This document shows positions 43,201 through 56,200 of a stretch of 64,000 nucleotides of DNA, in pieces. Source of the stretch: Tubulanus polymorphus (Eukaryota > Animalia > Nemertea). The notes under the pieces are model-generated. The model worked only from the letters and a program-made list of their open reading frames with translations, was not told the DNA's origin and did not search any database. Location of the stretch: positions 3,844,001-3,908,000 of the forward strand of contig NC_134025.1 in the NCBI RefSeq assembly GCF_964204645.1, in the 5' to 3' direction. The position numbers were made by a program, and so were the translations under genes. Positions within the stretch are counted from its first letter, which is position 1. Each line of letters begins with the position of its first letter.

Positions 43201-46200
43201 ATCATCGATACAACATTGTTAAAATGCTACCTACAGGTAAATTCTTATATCCTTTTATATGTCATTTGAATTCCGATGAAATCTTACCTTATTTATTGGT
43301 ACTAACTTTTGATGTTACAGACAAATGATGCATTAGTCGCATCACTGCTTCGTTTGCCTGATAACCATTGTCATGAGGATGAAAGTGAACGCGTATTAAA
43401 GAAATATCATAAGTATGATGAGCTTGTTATTCTCTATGAAAGAAAAGGGTTACATCGAAAAGGTAAATATACTAGTTCTAATTCTTCCTTTTCGAGGTTA
43501 ACTGATACTCTTGTATTTGATAATCATTATTTTATATTACCAGCATTAGAATTATTGTTGAAACATTCATGTAAGCCTACGTCTTCACTAGAAGGACATG
43601 AAAGGACCATTCAGTATTTGCAGCAACTAGGTTAATATCTCGGCTCAGTTTGCTACTTCGTTTATTGTTTGATAATCTGCCTTTCTTCACAAATTCCCAG
43701 AATTTCACTTACTTAACGATTTATTTTCCAGGACCTGAATATATAGAACTTATTTTTGAATATGCTAGATGGGTTATTCAGTCTAAACCTAATGATGGCA
43801 TAAAGGTATGCTCATACATGTGAAAATTTATGGTTTACAATAATAATTCAGTAATATATGACAGGAGTTTATATCGGTATTTTTTAGATATTTACAGAAG
43901 ACCTCCATGAGGTTGAAACCTTACCAAGGGATCGTGTTTTAGCTTATATCGAAGAAAATGCAATAGAATTAGCCATTCCTTACTTAGTAAGATATTCATT
44001 TGAATAGATTTAGAAGTGGATTCCAATGTTTTGTGTATAAAATGAAATGTAAGTGATACTTAAATGTTATATTTCAGGAGCATGTAATTACAGTGTGGAA
44101 TGATGAAACTGTTGAGTTTCATAACCGTCTCATAACTTTGTACAGAACTAAATGTGACCTTCCAATGGTGCAATATCTCGCTACATTAGAGAGTGGTCAG
44201 TAGATTTATGATTTATCGTGTAGCTAAGCATAATTAGATAGGAATACAAAGATCTAAAGACACATATCTCTATTTACAGGTGCTAAACCTGCTCCAGCTG
44301 GTTCAGAACCTGGCGAACTTGGTAGTTATAGAACAAGGCTTTTGTTATTCCTGGAAACATCAGAGTGTTATACACCTGAACGACTTCTTACTGGATTCCC
44401 GAGTGAAGGTCAGTGCATTTCTCTTCATTTAGCTAAATCAAAAATTGTCCAACCTAAAGTATGTTTTTCTGCTTTTCTTTCAGCATTTTATGAAGAGCGA
44501 GCCCTGCTTTTGGGACGACTGGGACGGCATGATCATGCTCTAGCAATCTATGTATTGATTCTAAAAGATATCAAAATGGCAGAAGAGTAAGTTTATCATC
44601 TGTAGCTTGACTGAATTCAATGAATTATTGATAATATTTCAAATATGATACTTATGGTTCAAATTTAAGGTACTGTAAAAAAGCATACAGCAAGACAAAA
44701 GAAGGAAACAAAGATGTGAGATATAATGATGCGATAACATAACGCACTTAACAATCAATTTATTTGTATTTTGAATCTAAAGAGGAGATGATTCCAATTG
44801 TTTACAAACAATTCTACATTTCAGGTGTATTTATCGTTACTGAGAATGTATCTTGCACCACCAGACACAACTAGCCTCGGGTTAAAACGATTATCTACTC
44901 CAAACTCTAATGCTGAGATCAACGTCAACGCTGCCCTAAGTCTCCTTCAGGAACATGCTGCTCACATGAATACTGCTAAGGTTAGGGCGTGTTAGTTTTA
45001 CCATTAGGGAGGTGCTGCCATCTCTTGTTTCTTTTTGATACTTCAGTGTTACCATTTGAACAAATATTTCTTGTGTGCATTGAATATATGGAACCAATAT
45101 TTTCTGCCTTTGTGTATGAATGAAATTCTAATGTTTTCTATTGCATATATTATAGGCTTTAGAACTTTTGCCTGCATCAACCAAAGTAAGAGATATTCTG
45201 AACTTTTTGGAGAATGTTTTGGAAGACCGGGCTGCAACCAAGCGTGACTTAAAACTATTAAGATGTCTCCTTTACGCCGAACATTTGCAGGTACTAACAA
45301 ATGACCAATAGTAGAAAGTTAAATTGCTATTCAATGTTTCTATAACAAAATGAAAATCTATGTTTATATTGGAGGGAGAAGTTTTAACGATAATATTCTA
45401 TCTTTATAGTCATTTGCTTTGAGATTTAGATAACTGGATCGTTCTTGCATTGCGTTGTTTTATCATGACTCGTTGATTGTTAGTTTTGATAATTGGCGTG
45501 AACTCGTGGTTCTACAATAACATCTATTACCCAGTATTCTATGTCAAACACTTATCTTATGTAAATATGGAACAATTTAATTGATCATTAATGTTACAGC
45601 CGTGTTTTTAGATACATGTATGCCATTAATTCTTTGGAGCCTTATAAATGGATTTGTTTTAACTTTTAGCGAGAAGGGGTTACATCTGATAACCCTAGTG
45701 ATGAATAACCCAAGGCAACATCTTTTACCTGAGGGTTATGTTCCCTAGGGGTTAACATCAAACCCAGTCTATAAAACCTGCCCCTGATGAATAAATACCC
45801 TCTTTTTCCTGTTTCCTCCATGACACTAAATGCCACGGAATGACATTTCTACATTGATACTCTTGACATTCAAATAAGCCATGTGTCCTTATACTTGATT
45901 TAGCTCCTCAAGGTATTGGCTGAGCTTTTTTTAAAGGCTACTTCTCCCACCCAGTGAAATCTGGTTAATATGTTATGCCTAGTATTGTAGTGATCACTTC
46001 AAGTTATCGACCCAAAAATGTTGAAAGCCTTATGTTTGATGAGAACTTCCATAATCCGTCTTCTAAAAAAAGATCAATACTAAGACACAATTGAGTCGTG
46101 AATGTTAAACATTCACCGTCTGTTGCTCAGAAATCATATATCAATCAATGAATCTAGTCCGATGCCGTTTAGCGATCAATAGTTTATGTATATACTTGTT

Positions 46201-47491
46201 GCTAGCTGTTATCCACATAAACCACCACAGGAGAATTAAACACAATTTACGTTATCCTTTTATCCTATTTTTTGCCACAGCGTAGTTTGATTGGATGAAA
46301 TTCAGGCAGACAACATAGTTTTAACTGCCACATTATGCTTGAAATGTGGATTAAAAAATACATGTATTTATATGAGTTGTGTTGAAGGTGGAAAAGGTTA
46401 TAAAAGGAATGTGTCATTGCTGACTATTAACATGTCAACTGACAGACTTTTTATGATGAATTTGGTGTATGTCCTTACTGTACACACTTATAAGCGACTG
46501 TACAGCCTGTATGGTGTCAAATTAACAGCGTGTTTGTCCACTTTCACCAAATCTTCTGCCTAGTGTAGTCAAATATATGAAAAATAGATCTGAGATCTTT
46601 GTACAGCCCTCACTTGTTATGTTTCATTCTTTTCAATATTCGGAAGGCTAGCTTTCAGGTACACATGTATGTAAATGTTTGGTCAAGAAATCCTAGTTGC
46701 CGCAATTGGAAATATGCTCAAAATCCTAACTTATTATCTACCCTCAGATTCGCGGATCTAATATCTGATGCATTTGTCTACTATGGGTCAATCACGGAGT
46801 GAAGTGGTGCCAAAAAGTGCTCATTAATGTTTTCAAGGGTACTTGATTGTTTCGAGACCTCTTACCGCGAAAGACATTATTTGAGGGCTTCCATGAGACT
46901 TCCCGCTGGTGAAGCCTGCATGCTCCATCAGTCTTACTATTCATGTTTTTAATAATCTGATGCTGTAGTACTGTCGTTCGATGAGTAGTGATAAATCTAT
47001 ATTTGGTTTTGATGAGTTGTGGCTTAATGAAGAATGCATGGGGGAAGGATAGCTGATGTACACTAGCTGACAGTTTAATGTCATCATTATTAGAATCGTT
47101 GTATTTTGTCACATATTATACGCACGCAGTTTACACGTAGTATGTGAGTAATATTGAGTGTAAAACATGCATGTTATATTGTATACCAGGTGCTACTCCT
47201 GAAAAACCGGAGAATCAAGATCTGAATCATTACTATACGACAGCTGTGAATATGTAGGAATATCACTGAGCAACTTTTAGTGTTTCAAACAATATATTTC
47301 TTTGTATTCATCCTTTGCTTTATGATTTGATGCATTCATGAACGTTTCACATGCATCAAAAATTAACTTCCATTTCATACGTACATAGCTTGCGCAGAAA
47401 GCTTTGTTGCCCTAGCAACTTTTACTTGATATTATTGAAGACATTTCAGGTATTACTTAGGATATGATTTTCTAAGCTATGTTTAGACGCA

Positions 47492-47568
<77 letters not shown>

Positions 47569-50137
47569 TAGAGGTGATCTTTATGATAAGTGAGAAATAC
47601 TGTGTAATAGATTTCATGCAGCAATGAAGTGCTACAGCCTATGACCGATTGTTGTGTCATTTGAGACAAATTCTTATGATTTTGAAACTGAATCTCCATA
47701 AACAATGACATGGTCGATTATCTGCATCGCCTAAGATATGACTGATCCAGATTTGACGTGTAACCAAATTGTAATCCGCGCACGGTGAGAGGGATATTTT
47801 ATCAGACTAGGGTAAATCAGCTGTTGCAGGGTAGTGTTAGCCTGTCAATATGTATGAATATATCAACCCAGGGCATACACCACCTGTGTCTATTAGATAT
47901 ATTAATGTACGCATAAAATTCTATGTAACTATTCTAATCCTGGAATATATTGATTGAGTTCTCTTATATCTTCATCTGTTTATTTTTCGATAATTTTCAT
48001 GACGGATGAAAAATCACAATGTAGTTGTTGTTGTACAGACTTATATGACATAAAATTGAAATTCCCCTTTCAGTGCTGGGTATAAAATGAATGCTGTTCA
48101 ATGCAGGGCAGTGAACCCGGGCTTGCTGGAAGATTCCATGCATGACAAAATATATTCCTTTTTCTGAGGCAACATGGATAGTGAATGTTTACCCTGGATC
48201 TCTTTCTAATCATGGAAGTATAAACTAGTTTATATATCCATGTTCTAATGAACAATCAGAATTAATTTTCTGGGATGAACTAAATTGCTTTATCCCTTCT
48301 TAAAGTCACAACAAAGATATGTAGATGGATAATGCACTGAGATAATCTAGTTTCTATAGTTCAGGGTCAGTAGAATTGTATCCTGGGGATTGTCTATCTG
48401 TTTCACCTTGGTGGTGAGACACCGATAAAAATGTCTGCCATCAATGTAACCAGTTTAAAATGGAATTGTGTCCTTCTGTCCATTTCATAGCATGCAGTTA
48501 ATTTCGGCTGGTTCCACCCTCTCTGGTTTACGAGGTCTATTATGCCATGGTTTTCCTGTTTCCACACCAGCTCTCTGACTTAACGATTTATGTCACTGTG
48601 TCTAATGTATTTGCATACTTGTTGCTGGTCTTGTCTATGAAGTTCACGTATACTGGCTGGTGACACTGTGTAATTACTTATTTATAGCTGTTTTATCATT
48701 AGCCGACGTTGCAGAAAGAGCAGTAGCCTGCTGATTCCATGGAGATATAATCTCGTGACGTGGTCAATGTCTAAATTTGGTGCAACTTGGAATTTCTCAG
48801 AAGATAGTTCATCAGGAAGTTCATTTTGTATGTGCTAGAACTGCCTGTCACCAGTCAGTGTGTGATTCAACTGATAATTGTTATCATTTATATGTTCATT
48901 CAATTATAAATGATATGATAGAGTTCATGGATTCCGGAAGAAATACTCGCTCTTCGCCGCTCTGTGAATAGCTAGATAACTAGTATAATTACTCTATTAA
49001 TCACGATCGCTGGAGAGTTTTCCGTGAGAGTTTTACACGAGGCAATCATTATCTCCTGCTGTAAAAAATCTAATAGTTAATATCTTAAACATTGCCTTAT
49101 TAACTTCACTATCACTTATGTAATACGAAGGGATCCTTCCTTGCTTACTATTGAAGATTGCCTAGAAGTATATATCCTTTCACTACATTCTAAATGAATG
49201 TTTCTACCTTGATGCATTGCTTGGTGAGGTAATGTACTAGCATATTTTTGAAACTGATCTATCACACCTCAAGACGTCGCTTCCTGGTTACTAGGTATAT
49301 GCTATGTATGTTTTGCACTTGAAAATTTTTGGAATCGAGAAAAAAATGATAACGAAAGCAGTCAGTGATTGCATGATGCATTTCTATTCAGTCATATCTT
49401 TCTATAAACAGTATATTCTATCAATGATTCATTTAGAAAAATATAGGACCATTGTATAGAATCCTAGATTTCAGTAAATTGAGTAACTTCATACCTTCAT
49501 CGACTAGAATGTGAGAACATTCTTGTTACATTCATCAGATTTCATCAGTTTCCTATCTCATAATGCGTAGAATATAATCAATCCACGGAGGCGTCTGATG
49601 GGTCATCTGGCAGTAGTTCTTATAGTCTACAGTTTGCTCTAATAAGAAAATAGTTTTTTAAATCGACTTCTGTCGGTTTTTCATGATTAATGGATTGATG
49701 GTTGAGAAAAATGAATAGTTTTTTTTTGTGTAATGATAATCATTGAAAATACCTCCCAGTTTCAATTAATTTGCGGTTGATTATCTATTTACAGGTTGCT
49801 GCTGAACGTATTAATTGTCAGTCAACGAAATTTGTCATTGACGAAGAAAAGACATGCAAGAAATGCAAAAAACGAATTGGAACAAGGTGAGAGAAACTAA
49901 GAAACGGATCAAATGAACTGAGATATTTTTCTGGCTTCCATGAATAATTGCTGCGCAGAGTCTACCATGATTAAACTAATGATAGATTTATTATGGTATC
50001 CAGTATTCAACCAATGATTAAATATATGTCATTCTGTCTTTATTTACAGTGCATTTGCTCGTCATCCGAATGGTGATATAGTACATTTCTATTGTTACAA
50101 TGATCCTAAAAGTTTATCAGGTGGTTTGGATCAGTGA
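40289..50137 (+). CDS. VPS39: Vam6/Vps39 HOPS complex subunit, >20 exons, with one ~4.5 kb intron (45291-49794)
   Basis: Start MHDAFEAVPILEKLPLAIESIACF, CNH domain, IIDTTLLKCYLQ|TNDALVASLLRL, FYEERALLLGRLGRHDHALAIYV, C-terminal zinc finger CKKCKKRIGT|SAFARHPNGDIVHFYC. Confidence 0.95.
45676..45786. mobile_element. Palindromic MITE-like fragment
   Basis: Nested inverted repeats (AACCCTAG/CTAGGGGTT, ATAACCCAAGG/CCTGAGGGTTAT) and a TIR-like end ATAAAACCTGCCCCTG. Confidence 0.4.
47498..47564. repeat. (TA)n microsatellite, ~33 units
   Basis: Directly visible. Confidence 0.98.
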
Positions 50138-50499
50138 TGATCTAGACGTGTGCGCACTGTGGATTTATGAAAAACTGTGATATCAAAGGTGCTTGTACAG
50201 AAGATAATTATGATATATACATCAGGAATTGGATTCATCCGGTTGTTTTTTTCTAAGTCAGTAATGTGTGAGGAGCGTGTGTTGTGTATGTTCAGAATGA
50301 AATACGTAAAGCTTTCTCTATTCGGGGGTGATTAAAGTCTTTTAAAAACTCCTTATATATATATATATGTACTTTCTGAAAAATAGAATAACCTGTCGAA
50401 TGAATAGGAAATACATTTTCACACTTTCAATTTAGAGCAGCACGGCTTCAGAACATTGATGAACTAATCTTCTAAGTATTTTACCAGTTTTTCATAGTC

Positions 50500-50569
50500 A
50501 TCATTAACCCAATTTCACCTATTTTAGTTGTCAATCGAGTAAAACCACACTTATGTGGAATGGGCCCTG
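50500..50569 (-). mobile_element. Truncated MITE end (GGGCCC-type terminus)
   Basis: Minus strand reads CAGGGCCCATTCCACATAAGTGTGGTTTTACTCG; a similar terminus TGTGGAACTGGG at ~1600 and related AAAACCACTTTATG at ~28870. Confidence 0.35.
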
Positions 50570-51939
50570 GTAAAATGAACACAGATTTCAGAGAATCAAA
50601 GAATAATTTAGATTCATTAAAGGAAATCATGAAGCTCTTTAATTTAGATGGTCTATTCTATTCTGTCATAGTTTGACCTGTTCTGTGCCAATCATATACA
50701 CATGTACTCAGCATTCTTGCTTTATTGTTTAGTTTATATGATAGTATTGTAAAAAAAATATGAAACTGGAATCTGTACATAACACACAAGAGATTTTATG
50801 ATTATGATTTGAATAAAAAGATTTGTTGATTAATGCAACTTGTTTATTTGTTGTTGATTTCACTTCGGAAAAGTATGATTTGATTCAAATGGCTTGAATA
50901 TCTGAAGATTCGAACTGCATTTAAATCCAGTGAGCTAAACTACTACAACACAGGATGACCTGATTGATGGGACTCGGAACGGTGTTATTGTTGACAGTGT
51001 AGGGTTAACCAACTATATTTGCTGTGGTAAACTTTTATAATCGTGACGGACCAACTGCTGGGGTGGTTTGTGAAGGATCGTGACACAAGGCCACAGCAAG
51101 AGGACCAGTAGTCTGACTCTTTGGGGTCCTAAACCTTTTAATTTTCTACCGGTAAGGCCTACTACCGAAGTTAGAAAATTAAAAGATTGCCCTGTTGAAC
51201 CTTTGCCGTGCCAAATCTTTACCAGAGAAAAATTGTATTTTTTCTTACTAATTTTCGTTCTTTATTCACTTTTTTATTAGAATTTCACGAACTGAGAAAT
51301 TCTTAATTTCTCTAACGTATCGATCTTGGACAAGACTTCTACAAATTTTCTTTAAATATCTAATTAAATAAATATATATGCATAATATTTGACCCACTAC
51401 TATACAACGAATGGGCTATTTCGGCCCAGTTTTACATATTTTGGGAATTGGCACGTGCGGCCTATAAATATTTTTATTTCATTATTCATGAAAATAGTTC
51501 ACGATGTTGAAAAAACGATGACATCACATCTAGTCTAGTGTATCGATACACTAGGGATAGACTATCCATATTCACTCCAGAAATAAGAATGTAAAAGATT
51601 CAGTTTTATTAACAACGACTTAGAAAAATATATTTCGAAAGCATTCTAATAGCAAATCGGTGTGATAGGACATACAATTACATGGGTTTCATTTGACGTC
51701 ACGAACTCTTTCGGCGCATTCATATTTTTCGGCTTCGTGCGACGGCTCGCGTCGGGTTCCTTCAATCTTCAGCACTGAAAAATACGGAAAACGGATTAAA
51801 AACCTGGGTGTTCATCAAAACTTAAAGGCCATTCAAGACAACTGTAAGAGTTGTTTGAAGAGCAGATCTTTCTGCTCTAGAGGTATGTCGATTTGTAAGA
51901 TTTGCACATTATTTAGCAGGAGAATTTTCAATCCGAAAT

Positions 51940-51980
51940 CGGGTGTTCCGGAAAGCAGCCGCCTACCAAAATGGCGGCGT
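51940..51980 (+). promoter_or_regulatory. Putative beta-spectrin promoter / 5' UTR region
   Basis: YY1-type AAAATGGCGG at 51968-51977, ETS-like CCGGAA at ~51948, candidate UTR donors at ~51883 and ~51991, acceptor TTTTTCAG at 53180 upstream of the ATG. Confidence 0.45.
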
Positions 51981-53217
51981 TAGAATCAAGGTCGTGTATG
52001 TTGTTTTTCGCCTATTAAAACAAATATGTTTGCTAAAGAACCTTTTATATTAGTGCTAACCGATATTTGACGCCGTGTGCGTATTGGGTTTGAGATTTTA
52101 GGCGTTTAAACTGTCTGATTACTAAGCAACAAGTCATACTATGTTGGGTGGGTTGGACCGTTTAACCCTTTCATACTCGTAGTCCACACATTTGATTTAC
52201 TCATTCTAACTCAGTCTGGGCGTCGTGATATGCGAATTATAGTCAGAATTTGAAATATCAACAGATGATGGCAGTATTGTATATATGCTATGTTGGTAAT
52301 TTTTTGGGAAATGCTTATTAGCAATTTGCAGATTTTGTTAGATGAGCTATTTTAGAAATTGGCCCATATTGGACTTGGTCTTGGTTTATTATGATATTGT
52401 GCAATTATGAATGCACCAATTTCCCCATATAACAGCCTCTATAAGGTGTTGTGATTGCCACTGTTATTACCACCTAAGGCTATCTTCAACTGAACTGGTC
52501 TAGTCTCCTGTTATGTCTGGAATTTATGAATAGGCAACAAATGAGAGCGGAGATATTGAAGAAGGCCTGCCTATTCATTGATTAGGGCCTAAGTCAAACA
52601 GATTCAGGGACAAGATCTAAGGATTTTACCTAATATTTTTAAGGTGAATGAATAGAAAAGGGCATTAGATTAAATTGTCAAATTCAGTGTTCAGAAAAAG
52701 CCATTTCTAGATTCTTTTTGACAAAATTGTTCCCTCTTTCATAAATTGCTTTTAGATGAATGGGCACTTAGAATTTTGAGGGTCTTTACGGAAGTCTAGT
52801 AATCCTTCCTCTTCACATTGACCTTTAAGTTTAAATCATCTGAGCCTGCTGGATAAAGTGAAGCTTGAAGCTTCTTGCACACTTAAGTAAACTCTATATT
52901 ACTTGATTTATTTCTTATCAATAATAGTTTGACATTGGTTTAGTTGATATCAATTCATCTAGTGCATATGTCCTCGTTAACGTTTTTTTTTTGATTGAAA
53001 TTGATCTTATGACGTTCCCGGCTCAGTCAGGTTGTTTTTCTCTTGAGGCCTTTTTCCAAGCCATAAATCTTGGTTTCGTTTCCCAATATAATATGTTGTC
53101 CGTTGACTTTGCGGGAATTCGAATAAATGCCTCTCTAGCTTTACAGCCTAAATAATCGTTTTGCTTATTCCATTTTTCAGAGTTTATTTGTTTAGATGAG
53201 AGGATAAGCTTGTCAAA

Positions 53218-56200
53218 ATGACAGAGATAGATACTCGCTGGGATGGCAATGCTGAAGATTGGGAGGGAGGAGACAACTCCTCCAAGTTGTTTGAAAGGTC
53301 AAGAATTAAAGCCTTGGCAGGTATGTGTACAGTGATAATTTGAAAACTAGAACGACACGGGAACAGAATGAGCTACGAAATGAGCTATAGCGAATTTGTT
53401 ATAACAAGTTATGACCTATTAATATTACTTATTCATATTAAACAAATATTATTTCGATGAGGATACGTTGAAGTATTTTGTTCTATTAATTTATGGTAGG
53501 TTTAGTTCATTTGACCAGAACTTCATATGAGTGTGTATAACACCGATGAGATTTATGTACCACTTGTAATTGATGGGAGGCAGTCGGGCTATTTCTATCT
53601 CATCTGCTAATGCGCTATCTCGACTGTACTAAACTACTCAGCATACAGGAATGCGGTACTACTGCTGTTACTGTTGATGCTGAAGCCGTGGGATGTATAT
53701 ACGTATTGACTCTTGAGAGCTTTAGAAACAATCATTAATATTCATTACTGAAGTTATTAATTCTCGATAATGCCGACTGTCCGAAGCAGTACGTTATCTT
53801 AAGTGCTGTAATCTTTAAAAAGTGCGTTAACCCTTGAAAAATTCATCTTACCTCAAGGATGAATTCGGTGTTTTTTTCGTGTCGTTTTTCTGTCCCTCCT
53901 CTTCCGAATCTGTCGTTCGAATGATCGGCTGTAACCGGAAATTTGTACAAATATTCAACCCTGGATAATTGATAATGGTATTGTTATAATACCCGTATCA
54001 TTAGGCCTGGAACTTTTGTTACTTTTGTTATTTATCAATACATGCCCTCCTGAATAAGGCAATTGTTTTGGGGCTAATTATCTTCTATCAAAACCAGACT
54101 GAATTATTCTAAACGTTGCTTTGACCCATTTTGTTTCGATAATGATCGCATCAAAAATATGCATCGATGCTAGAACGGGGTTGCTTCATGTTTGTGAAAA
54201 GGGCAGGGCAATGGTTTGCAGTAATGGCTGACATCAGCTGCCATTGATAGTGCTGCTGTCCCATTCAGGTTTTCTTCAAATTTCGTCCCGGGATTCTTGT
54301 AAAATTTCACTCGTTCAATATGGAGTATCAAAATCTCGAACAAGGGGAGGATGTATATATTATGAAAATTAAAGAGTTGGCAGGTATGATTTGATATTTT
54401 TGATCGCGCGCTGCGGTTGTTAACTCGGTGCCAGACCCGTCATTTGTTTGATTTCGATTTCAGATGAACGTGAAACTGTACAAAAGAAAACTTTCACTAA
54501 ATGGGTGAATTCGCATTTAGCTCGCGTGAACTGTAAAATCAACGATCTGTACGTGGATTTACGCGATGGTCGTATGTTGATGAGACTTTTAGAGATTCTC
54601 TCCGGAGAAAGACTGGTTAGTAGGCCTGGCCTGTTCATTATTTTATCACCAAAAAATATGTGTTCTCCATTGCTGTGTTTTTAGAGGGTCTGCGTTATTT
54701 CTTTAGACTGTATATGATATCTTGGTTGCCGAAGTAGCAAAGCTTTTGGTCAAACTAAGCTCTCCAAATTATTTAGAATTAAGCTTAAAATGTTTTGGTT
54801 CAATTTTCACATTTACTCATCACTTACAACAAAGCAATAATCATTGTAAGCATTGATAGCATAGACTGACATTGACTTGATGAGGGGCTGGCAGCAATGA
54901 TTTTCAGACAGTTGGATGCAAAAATGACAAGGCTGGCCACTACTCTAAAACCCCTTGTGGTGGAGAACACTGTAGCTTTCAACTATGAGAAATGAGGTTT
55001 CAATTGAATCTGTTTTATTTGATATTTTTTTTTTTTAGCCAAAACCGACTAAAGGAAAGATGAGAATTCACTGCTTAGAAAACGTAGAAAAGTCTCTTGA
55101 TTTTCTACGTGAGATGAGAGTGCAAATGGAAAACATGGGATGTCACGATATCGTCGACGGAAACTCTCGATTGACCCTCGGTCTCATATGGACCATCATT
55201 CTGCGATTCCAAGTAAGTTTCGTTTACTAGTTATTAGCCGATCAAACTTCGACTCTCGGCACTTTCATTCATATTCAGTGTGTCTGGTGAATTTAGCATA
55301 GCTCTGTCTAGCCGGTATAATAGTATTGTTCAATGGGAATTTTTTAATCATAAGGACCGTTGTTTGCCATTCTGCTGGTTTGCTTTACACTCGAGACAGT
55401 TAAATCCTTTCATCGGTTATTATGTATTCTACCGTGTAAGAATACGTAGTGGTCTACATAAGTTATAAGCAATAATCCAGTATGGATTAGTCTTCAGTGC
55501 CTGTGTACGCGGCTATGTCTGCTAGTCCGACGCATAAAATACATATCATATGTGCCTTGAATGTTATTTCTTATCCGCCAATCCTGTTGGAAGAATTTTA
55601 TGAGCTGTACGCGTTATTAGCATGTTGTTGACCTCTTCAGTTTTGATAAGGGATATATGTATCTGTTCTAAATACCACCGCTATGAATAATTTCAATTAC
55701 CCTAAAACCTATTTCATTTTTCGAGCTTCATGTTATGCTGAATGGCCTAATAAGTAATAGCATTCAGATAAAGGTTAGAATTAATCAAATGCGGTTATTA
55801 ATTTTGATTTCGATGATTCATTGATTTTCACTCTCAACAATCGAATAGCGGAATATTGAATTATCTATTATGGGGAAATCTGTATAGAGATAATAGGTCA
55901 AGGTGGCCACTGACCTGGAAAACCTGAAAAACTTGGCGAATCTCAGGGAATTCGGTAAATTTTGCACAAAAAAAACTCAGGGAATTTGTATATCTTTATC
56001 AATACATGATTCATGAAAAGTAAATCAATTGTAGCATTTTAAACCAAGAGATTTCTCCATTCATTTGCTGATGGACTCGGAATTTAGTGTTTTAAGATGG
56101 AAAAATCAGGCAAAGCTCAGGGAATTAGTTAATGGGGGTTGGGGGAAACAAGTCACCCTGTTAGCGAGACTGGTAGAAAAATTGATTGTGTGGGATATAT

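Noticed and set aside
45698-45787. C/D box snoRNA-like TGATGA...CTGA in the VPS39 intron
   Set aside because: No terminal stem or convincing rRNA guide; the boxes lie inside a palindromic MITE-like fragment.
46792-47112. 106 aa antisense ORF in the long VPS39 intron as a nested gene
   Set aside because: GTG start, no homology recognised and non-coding-like composition.
48176-48202. Partial similarity to miR-36 (GGGTAAACATTCA on minus)
   Set aside because: The seed differs and no precursor hairpin is evident.
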